From: a virus
Strand: one strand, 5' to 3'
Virus record (IMG/VR): IMGVR_UViG_3300020030_000095
Coordinates: 1-5,982 of that record
DNA: 5,982 nucleotides
Part shown: piece by piece, positions 1 to 4,932 of the stretch
Numbering within the stretch: position 1 is the stretch's first letter
How the letters are laid out: every line of letters starts with the position of its first letter
Translations under genes and position numbers: made by a program
Notes under the pieces: generated by a model
Told to the model about the DNA's origin: nothing
Database searches by the model: none
Seen by the model: only the letters and a program-made list of their open reading frames with translations

Positions 1-121
1 TATTTGCACCGGCCTGATTCATGACTACCTGCACATTGACGGTCTGAGAAGCAGCAAAGAGTAATTTCGGGCGATCGACATGGGCGATCTTCGAAGCGAA
101 GAACGTTTCGATCCAGTCCGA
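1..121. repeat. Terminal direct repeat, left copy (circular-genome assembly overlap)
   Basis: I compared 1..121 base by base with 5862..5982 and they are identical. The repeat runs to both window edges and lies inside an open reading frame that is continuous across the junction. Confidence 0.97.
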
Positions 122-1213
122 ATAACGAGAACCGCCAGCACCAAGGAGGTCTTTATACTCCTGAAGGCGAGAAGCGATAGCCAGCTGGGGAATAGTCGTA
201 ACACCCGTCATCGAAACGGCATCCGAATTGCCGTTGGGAAGCAGACGACTGAAACGGTCGGGATTCGAGGGAACAACGGCCATCGGAAACGCCAAACGAG
301 TGCAGAAGTAAGGCGTAACGGAGGTGGTGGTAACCAGCGTACCGTCGAACTGCGAAGTCGGAACAGTCGTGAGAGTTTTAGTAGGAGTCGCGGCAACGGG
401 GAAGCCATTAGAGTCAGCAGAACCACTACTGATGAACGAACTCTTGATGATCTGGAAATAGAGGTTCACACGGTTGTACGTGTTATTCGTAGACTGAACA
501 GCCGACGGATAGAACTGGGTTTCATAGTAAGAATCCAAGAACTCGAGGTTAGCCCAGTTCTGATTGAAGTACGAACGAGTGGCAATGGAATCACCGCCGA
601 CAAACGAATACTGATCTCCATCGGAGTTGTAGTACACCGACCACGAAGCAGGCGTAGCGAACGAGTACACAGACCACTGCGAGTACGCATAGTAGTTGCG
701 AACGATATCCCAGTACGCCAAAAGGGAATCGCAGTTGAACCAATCTGAACGAGAGGTGTCCGGACTCAAAGCAGTATCGGACATCTCCTGCATGGTAAGC
801 GAAGAAGCATGAGGGGCCTGAACAGCTCGAAGCCAGAACAAGAGAGAGTTAGGAAGCGCACTACGAATAGACGCCGCAGAGCCAGCGCCATAATACGGCG
901 CGATCGGGAACCAGTTGAGCGACAAGCTATTCATATCGAATTTACTGCTGTTCGTTCTCATTTCAGGATGATACAACTGCAGGGGTACCCAAAAACGGTG
1001 AAGCCGTACCGTGTACGGGTTGAACGACGGCACAGCGAGGGGGTTGGAACGTACATCAATACCCTGTTCGATAGTCACCCGGTCGCGGGCATTAATAAAA
1101 TCGATACGAACAGGATACAAAATACCAGGAGTGCAAGTGAATGCCTTGGACTCCGGGACGTCGTAGCGAGAATAACCGTTGACGACATGAGAAATAAAAG
1201 GTTGTTTTCCCAT
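1..1213 (-). CDS. VP1: Major capsid protein VP1 (Microviridae F-type jelly-roll), N-terminal about 404 codons; the gene continues across the circular junction into 5861..5254
   Basis: A minus-strand ORF starts at ATG 1213..1211 and stays open to the left window edge. It is missing from the ORF track because it has no stop inside this segment. My translation reads MGKQPFISHVVNGYSRYDVPESKAFTCTPGILYPVRIDF..TVRLHRFWVPLQLY...IPQLAIASRLQEYKDLLGAGGSRYSDWIETFFASKIAHVDRPKLLFAASQTVNVQVVMNQ. The frame is continuous with ORF 5254..5895: 1213 mod 3 = 1, and shifting by 5861 gives the frame of 5895. Joined, the gene is 1,821 nt (606 aa). The F-x-V-P block and the LQ..........GSRY....I...F.......DRP block match my recollection of conserved Microviridae capsid motifs. 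This was not aligned. Confidence 0.93.
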   Translation of the reverse strand, partial: MGKQPFISHVVNGYSRYDVPESKAFTCTPGILYPVRIDFINARDRVTIEQGIDVRSNPLAVPSFNPYTVRLHRFWVPLQLYHPEMRTNSSKFDMNSLSLNWFPIAPYYGAGSAASIRSALPNSLLFWLRAVQAPHASSLTMQEMSDTALSPDTSRSDWFNCDSLLAYWDIVRNYYAYSQWSVYSFATPASWSVYYNSDGDQYSFVGGDSIATRSYFNQNWANLEFLDSYYETQFYPSAVQSTNNTYNRVNLYFQIIKSSFISSGSADSNGFPVAATPTKTLTTVPTSQFDGTLVTTTSVTPYFCTRLAFPMAVVPSNPDRFSRLLPNGNSDAVSMTGVTTIPQLAIASRLQEYKDLLGAGGSRYSDWIETFFASKIAHVDRPKLLFAASQTVNVQVVMNQAGAN

Positions 1214-1225
1214 AAACAAAAAAGA

Positions 1226-2296
1226 TTATGTTAGATTAAGGCCATAATGGTCATGCCAGAACCGGACAACATCCCGATCCAGCCACACGGGGGCCTGAAT
1301 GTCCGGGATATCGCCGGCAGAGGTGAACTCGCGGAACTTCTTCAGTTCCCACGAATACGTCTCTCGAGAGGATAGGGAGGAAGCGGGAAGCGCCATTTTA
1401 ACACACAAATCAACGATGCGACGAACCAAAGGAGAGTTGCTGAAGCGTGCATAAGCGTCAGCAGAACGAATCGCGCGCTTCTGCTCGTCTTTCGGTTGCA
1501 AATATCGGTTATAGTAGCGAGGAATCGCATAGTTATACGTGACACCGCGGCCAAGATCGGTATAAGACCAAGTCGACACAGAAAAAGTAGGAGCAGGCCG
1601 ACGGCCAAGATAATCACCAACGCCAGCAGATACGAATTTTCTCGTATAACGCTTATGTTGGAGGAGATGAGCCAATAATATAGGTTTTCCATCTATAGTA
1701 ACAGTTTTATCGCCGAGTTCGGCTGAATTATAACCAATTTGCTTAACCACGTACTTGACACAGTATCGCGCACGCTTATGTGTAGCTTTTGAGAGCCACA
1801 CAAATCCAAGATCAGAAACAGCCGACCGAATTTCATTGTACAGGACATCCGTTCCGAAAAGGAATCCGTGAAAATGCAAACGCGGTTCCGAACCTTGCTC
1901 GGGATGACAACCAAATTCTTGGAAAAAAACGTGTTTAAAGGAATGTCCGATTTTATGACGAACTCGTTCGTTCCATTTTCGAATGAATTTAGAAGGATCT
2001 CGAAGTGCGGACTCATAGTACTTTGGATTAATGGTTATAGTTATAAAAATGGCCTGCCGAGATTCAGCCTTACAACGAGCTAATTCTCGTTCTATACGGA
2101 CGAACCAGTCATTCCGAAGACGTCGAAGACAGTCCTCACACTTACCACAAGGGACCATAAGCCATTGACGAGATACATCCCACGGACGAAGAGCTAAAGC
2201 TGACTTATGATCATCATCAACATTGAAACCGCGGCGAGGACGGCTCTTGTCGAAATATCGACGGTTGCGAATCCATATAGGGTGCTTGCAGGCCAT
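1226..2296 (-). CDS. VP4: Replication initiation protein VP4 (HUH rolling-circle endonuclease, phiX174 gpA-like superfamily)
   Basis: 356-aa ORF with an ATG start. It carries the Cys cluster VPCGKCEDC (C50/C53/C56, nt 2129..2149) and motif 1 FITITIN (nt 2027..2047). The HUH motif PRLHFHGFLF has H141-F-H143, which I verified as CAT TTT CAC at 1876..1868. The two-tyrosine catalytic motif is Y178-CVK-Y182-VVK (nt 1751..1765). The order and spacing of these motifs are characteristic of Microviridae Rep. Confidence 0.93.
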   Translation of the reverse strand: MACKHPIWIRNRRYFDKSRPRRGFNVDDDHKSALALRPWDVSRQWLMVPCGKCEDCLRRLRNDWFVRIERELARCKAESRQAIFITITINPKYYESALRDPSKFIRKWNERVRHKIGHSFKHVFFQEFGCHPEQGSEPRLHFHGFLFGTDVLYNEIRSAVSDLGFVWLSKATHKRARYCVKYVVKQIGYNSAELGDKTVTIDGKPILLAHLLQHKRYTRKFVSAGVGDYLGRRPAPTFSVSTWSYTDLGRGVTYNYAIPRYYNRYLQPKDEQKRAIRSADAYARFSNSPLVRRIVDLCVKMALPASSLSSRETYSWELKKFREFTSAGDIPDIQAPVWLDRDVVRFWHDHYGLNLT

Positions 2297-2299
2297 AAT

Positions 2300-2497
2300 T
2301 CAAAAAATCGTTTGCAATACGTCTATCTTATAATGCGGGTTATCCCGGCGCAAACGAACGGCATATTCCTGAGCATCGTTGTGCTCCAAAAACCACGCAA
2401 GGATAACCCTTTTTTGACCACGGTAGTAACCAACGGAGAACCGAAAGGGTTTGTCGGTCGCTACGCATGGTCTGCAAGGGCAGTAGAAAGGGTCCAT
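2300..2497 (-). CDS. Hypothetical 65-aa protein, possible small DNA-binding protein, immediately upstream of the Rep gene
   Basis: The ATG at 2497..2495 overlaps the TAA of the upstream basic-peptide ORF (TAATG). Its TGA stop lies 3 nt before the VP4 ATG. The ORF is in the same frame as VP4. The sequence MDPFYCPCRPCVATDKPFRFSVGYYRGQKRVILAWFLEHNDAQEYAVRLRRDNPHY has a CxCxxC motif followed by a beta-strand/helix pattern. No family was recognised with certainty. Confidence 0.6.
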   Translation of the reverse strand: MDPFYCPCRPCVATDKPFRFSVGYYRGQKRVILAWFLEHNDAQEYAVRLRRDNPHYKIDVLQTIF

Positions 2498-2574
2498 TAC
2501 AGAACCTTACCACCGACGGGACGAGTAACTACCCGCGTGCCGTTACCGCGACTTTTTTTCTTCTTTCGTGCCAT
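2497..2574 (-). CDS. Putative small basic DNA-binding/packaging peptide (phiX174 J / chlamydiaphage VP8 analogue), 25 aa
   Basis: This ORF is too short for the ORF track; I found it by hand translation. ATG 2574..2572 reads MARKKKKSRGNGTRVVTRPVGGKVL then TAA 2499..2497. Nine of 25 residues are K/R and none are acidic. Its stop overlaps the next start (TAATG). It overlaps the 3' end of the 107-aa ORF by 32 nt in another frame. Confidence 0.5.
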   Translation of the reverse strand: MARKKKKSRGNGTRVVTRPVGGKVL

Positions 2575-2866
2575 GATCATTAATTTTAATTACGATAAAA
2601 TTGGGATAGAATTCCAAGCCTGAAAAAGCAGGATTTACAACGAGAGAACGGATGAGAAAACCGAGGTTGTCCGAAGTAACAAAAGCCTTTCCGCCGAGAA
2701 TCTCGTCAAATCGTACCAAATCGACAGCATGTTCAGCAAGTTGAGCAAGAACACCTTCAACGTCGGAATCAGGAAGAAACTGACCCTGTTTTTCATCAAT
2801 ATGGCCGGTCTGAATATCGAAGACCGGAACCTGCGGAGCAAGGATGCGAATCACAATCTGTTTCAT
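2543..2866 (-). CDS. Hypothetical acidic 107-aa protein (unknown function)
   Basis: The ATG at 2866..2864 overlaps the TGA of the upstream 90-aa ORF (ATGA), suggesting translational coupling. It is on the same strand as all core genes. No motif was recognised. Confidence 0.65.
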   Translation of the reverse strand: MKQIVIRILAPQVPVFDIQTGHIDEKQGQFLPDSDVEGVLAQLAEHAVDLVRFDEILGGKAFVTSDNLGFLIRSLVVNPAFSGLEFYPNFIVIKINDHGTKEEKKSR

Positions 2867-3135
2867 AGCTTATCAAAATTTTTGGTTAAAAAGTCATTCC
2901 ATTTAATATCAACGTTCATCCAATAGTCAAAACCCTGCCTTGTCTTATCAAATTTAAAAGCGGCAGAAACAAACATATCGGAAGGAACGAAAGTGAGGTA
3001 ATCAAAGAGCGACATGCCCTTTGCGTGATGTGGAGAGCGCATAAAATTGTCCATGAAATACCGAAAGGCGCAACGCTCATGGAGGAATTTAATAAAGGTA
3101 ATAGCCAAGCGGAAGCGTTTCATCAAAGATCGCAT
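2863..3135 (-). CDS. Hypothetical 90-aa protein (unknown function)
   Basis: ATG at 3135..3133, 5 nt downstream of the 3184..3141 hairpin. It is ATGA-coupled to the next ORF. The aromatic-rich C-terminal half reads FVSAAFKFDKTRQGFDYWMNVDIKWNDFL. No family can be named from memory. Confidence 0.6.
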   Translation of the reverse strand: MRSLMKRFRLAITFIKFLHERCAFRYFMDNFMRSPHHAKGMSLFDYLTFVPSDMFVSAAFKFDKTRQGFDYWMNVDIKWNDFLTKNFDKL

Positions 3136-3140
3136 AATAA

Positions 3141-3184
3141 AAACGGTTTAATGTTGTACTGCAAAAATACAACACAAACCGTTT
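3141..3184 (-). terminator. Strong hairpin plus U-tract between VP2 and the 90-aa ORF (candidate intrinsic terminator or attenuator)
   Basis: AAACGGTTT (3141..3149) pairs with AAACCGTTT (3176..3184), and TGTTGTA (3152..3158) pairs with TACAACA (3168..3174). That is 16 bp with a small internal bulge and a 9-nt loop. In mRNA sense the 3' arm ends ...CCGUUU followed by UUAUU and then the ATG at 3135. Confidence 0.5.
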
Positions 3185-3214
3185 ACAAACAAGATCAAAA
3201 CCGGAACAAAATTG

Positions 3215-4462
3215 TCACTTTCGGGAACGAGAGCGCAAATCTTCGCGGCGGACATAGGTTCCACTGACATATTCACCATTCCGATCGTAGTTTTCGCGCA
3301 TCTCTTCCATAAAGGAGGTCTGAGGTGCGGCGAGAGCTTTACCACCAGCGTAGGCGGTACCGACGGAAATAGCACCTTGGAGAGCAGTACGGGCAAGCGA
3401 GTAGCCAAAAGCATTCTTCTCAGAACGATTACGGAACCAATTGCCAGCCATCTCCTGATTACCAGTAGAGACGTCGAGACCGATCAGGTACTTGTGGATT
3501 TGCTCACCTGTCATCTTAACCGTCTTTCCGGTAGGCTTGCCTGATTCGGTGACCTGAGGAACAGCGATCTCCGTAGTCCAATTCAGGTTGAACCAGTTTT
3601 GAAGGTCCTGCAACTTAACACCGAGGATTTCCTTGTCGGCCTTGGCAAGATCACCGGAAGCGGAAGCCTCATACGCGCGGGCATAGTCCAACGCCAGCTG
3701 AGCGGCATAGACCTTGTCCATATACTCGACATTGTACTTGCGGAGATTCTCGTATTCCTCACGGTGCTTCGCATACTGGGCGACGAGGTCTTGGAACTTG
3801 TAGGTCGCGGAGAGATCAGCGTAGGAAGCATCAGCCTGATAAATATCGGCAAGAGCGCGATTCATATCAGCTACAGCATTGGCATTATTGACACCAGCGC
3901 GCTGAATGGAGACATTGAGGTCTGCAACGGACTTATAGTAATCAGGAGTCTGCATCTTCGCTCTGATATCGTCGGCTTCAGCACGATCGCGCTGGGCAGC
4001 GGCATCGTTGCGATCAACAGCAGAACGGGCCTGCATCATACCAATGGCAGAGCCAGCAGCGGTAGAACCAAGACCAGGGACAGGATTACTAAAGTCAAGA
4101 GAACCGGCCGAAGGACCAGAAGCACCACCAGCAGAAGCACCAGAAGCGCTCATTGTAGCGTTAACACCAACACCAGAGGAGCCAAGAACGCCAGCGGGAG
4201 TAACTCCGGCCTTAAGGTAGCGATCAAAGACCTTGGAGGGATCGTTATAAGCGTTTTCATAGTCGAATTGCTTCTGCCAATTCTGGTAATTCAACTCAGA
4301 CTGTTTAGCAAGCTGTTCAAGCGCATATTGCTGCTGAAGAGCCATTTGCTTTTGTTGATACCTCCATTGCTTCTTCAAGGAAGGCTTAAACATGCCACCA
4401 ACAGCATTACCGACGGCACCAGCACCAAGACCAATAAGGGCAGAGGTAGTAACGGGATCCAT
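3215..4462 (-). CDS. VP2: DNA pilot / minor capsid protein VP2 (phiX174 H analogue)
   Basis: 415-aa ORF with an ATG start. It has a glycine-zipper hydrophobic N-terminus (TSALIGLGAGAVGNAVGGMF). Next comes a Q/N-rich helical segment ending in YLKAGVTPAGVLG, which resembles the ...AAGLNP.L.. motif I recall from gokushovirus/alpavirus VP2. A Gly/Ala/Ser low-complexity tract (about nt 4027..4189) and a long Ala/Asp/Tyr-rich helical region follow. Size and position fit VP2. Confidence 0.8.
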   Translation of the reverse strand: MDPVTTSALIGLGAGAVGNAVGGMFKPSLKKQWRYQQKQMALQQQYALEQLAKQSELNYQNWQKQFDYENAYNDPSKVFDRYLKAGVTPAGVLGSSGVGVNATMSASGASAGGASGPSAGSLDFSNPVPGLGSTAAGSAIGMMQARSAVDRNDAAAQRDRAEADDIRAKMQTPDYYKSVADLNVSIQRAGVNNANAVADMNRALADIYQADASYADLSATYKFQDLVAQYAKHREEYENLRKYNVEYMDKVYAAQLALDYARAYEASASGDLAKADKEILGVKLQDLQNWFNLNWTTEIAVPQVTESGKPTGKTVKMTGEQIHKYLIGLDVSTGNQEMAGNWFRNRSEKNAFGYSLARTALQGAISVGTAYAGGKALAAPQTSFMEEMRENYDRNGEYVSGTYVRREDLRSRSRK

Positions 4463-4464
4463 AG

Positions 4465-4662
4465 CTACGGACGTTTGAAGTCGCCTACCTGTTCGTAAGT
4501 AATAGTAGTGCGGGTCGTATCACCTGACTTGATGGAGGACGCGGACTGAACAACGTAATGACGTGTAGTGCATCCGCTAATAAAGAATGCTGCTAAAGCG
4601 GCAACAATGGCGGAAATAAGCGTCCAAAACTTTTTGGAAGTAATAATCTGCTTGAAAGTCAT
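4465..4662 (-). CDS. Small predicted lipoprotein (65-aa precursor, about 35-aa mature), function unknown
   Basis: The first ATG is at 4662..4660; the 82-aa track version starts at a GTG at 4713. Hand-verified translation: MTFKQIITSKKFWTLISAIVAALAAFFISGCTTRHYVVQSASSIKSGDTTRTTITYEQVGDFKRP. It has a basic n-region (K4, K10, K11), an uncharged h-region, and lipobox I-S-G-C with Cys31 (nt 4570..4581). The TAG stop lies 2 nt before the VP2 ATG. Confidence 0.6.
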   Translation of the reverse strand: MTFKQIITSKKFWTLISAIVAALAAFFISGCTTRHYVVQSASSIKSGDTTRTTITYEQVGDFKRP

Positions 4663-4844
4663 AATAAGCGAAATTTGGGGCAAATAAGAAACGATAAGAA
4701 AATGCGCGGACACTTGGGGATGCGTTGACGTTCGAAGAAGCTATGCAACAGGAGATTCACCAACTCTCTCCAGTTGTCCCGCGCACGTAGCATATATCGT
4801 CTAGTAAAGAGACAACTATTTTCTTTCAGAGATGCCGAGACGTC

Positions 4845-4859
4845 CACGGGACACCCGTG
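4845..4859. other. Short GC-rich hairpin CACGGG-aca-CCCGTG next to a CCCGGG palindrome
   Basis: Perfect 6-bp stem (4845..4850 with 4854..4859) and a 3-nt loop. The CCCGGG palindrome lies at 4862..4867. Confidence 0.35.
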
Positions 4860-4878
4860 AACCCGGGGTATTTTACGA

Positions 4879-4909
4879 GAAGAATATGGCCACAGGGGCC
4901 ACATTCTTC
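4879..4909 (-). terminator. 13-bp hairpin 24 nt downstream of the last gene (candidate terminator and/or ssDNA origin hairpin)
   Basis: GAAGAATATGGCC (4879..4891) pairs with GGCCACATTCTTC (4897..4909). This gives 12 of 13 pairs and a 5-nt loop. No U-tract follows in mRNA sense (UCGUAAAAUACC). Confidence 0.4.
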
Positions 4910-4932
4910 AACAGCGGCCGGACAGAGCAAGG

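Larger units (their letters stand above)
4663..4932 (-). promoter_or_regulatory. Main intergenic region: candidate promoter and replication-origin region
   Basis: This is the only long non-coding stretch, about 270 nt, between the stop of the last gene of the array (4933) and the first ATG of the next round (4662). It contains two hairpins and phased direct repeats. I found no convincing sigma-70 or Bacteroidota-type promoter consensus by eye. Confidence 0.45.

Noticed and set aside
208-690. Minus-strand +1-frame ORFs inside real genes: 208..426, 466..690, 3583..3852, 5376..5690, 5007..5195, 2635..2841 and 1693..2016
   Set aside because: The +1 frame is stop-depleted and Leu/Ile/Arg-rich across all genes, because third-position T/C becomes the central codon base. 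These ORFs are interrupted by many Arg residues and have no distinctive features. Only the 116-aa ORF at 1342..1692 is reported, with caveats, because of its long uncharged segments.
1214-1228. Rep and capsid genes lie in the same frame, separated only by TAA plus four codons, raising possible readthrough fusion
   Set aside because: No readthrough context or structure is visible. The same frame phase is shared by most genes here, and VP1 has its own ATG. A Rep-capsid fusion has no precedent.
80-1234. Long plus-strand ORFs 80..748 (222 aa) and 809..1234 (141 aa), together with 5422..5925 (167 aa), lying opposite the capsid gene
   Set aside because: All start at coordinates congruent to 2 mod 3, allowing for the 5861 shift. 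They are therefore exactly codon-aligned antisense to VP1. In that frame stops arise only from sense codons TTA, CTA and TCA, which this genome rarely uses. I verified the stops ending these ORFs as a TCA codon (at 746..748) and a TTA codon (at 5923..5925). The translations are Arg/Ser/Thr/Val-rich low-complexity strings. I know of no microvirus with genes on the complementary strand.
3599-4498. 299-aa plus-strand ORF opposite VP2, plus 3212..3544, 2207..2623, 1496..1678, 1868..2083, 2729..2926 and 3025..3267
   Set aside because: These show the same codon-aligned antisense artefact; each shares the codon phase of the minus-strand gene it overlaps. ORF length here reflects codon bias, not coding.
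4663-4713. GTG-initiated 82-aa version of the lipoprotein ORF (17 extra N-terminal residues, MSAHFLIVSYLPQISLI)
   Set aside because: The track's M at 4713 is a GTG. The extension would bury the basic n-region of an otherwise canonical lipoprotein signal peptide, and it covers the phased repeats. The first ATG at 4662 gives a much better signal-peptide architecture.
4725-4748. Sigma-70-like TTGACG ... TATGCA on the plus strand
   Set aside because: The spacer is only 12 nt, and the motif points away from every credible gene.
4781-4807. Possible XerC/D dif-like site (GCGCACGTAG-CATATA-TCGTCTAGTAA), as used by temperate Bacteroidales microviruses
   Set aside because: There is only a loose resemblance to the GCGCA..TA arm and an AT-rich 6-nt centre. 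The two arms are not inverted repeats of each other, as dif arms are. This is not supportable without comparison to host dif sequences.
4659-4904. 81-aa minus-strand ORF spanning the whole intergenic region and ending in an ATGA overlap with the lipoprotein start
   Set aside because: Its ATG sits inside the arm of the 13-bp hairpin. It uses codons that are rare in the structural genes (TTA x3, CTA, ATA, AGA, CGA, CGG, GGG). It would leave the genome with no non-coding space for an origin or promoter. The ATGA overlap is noted but judged coincidental. Conservation in relatives would reverse this call.
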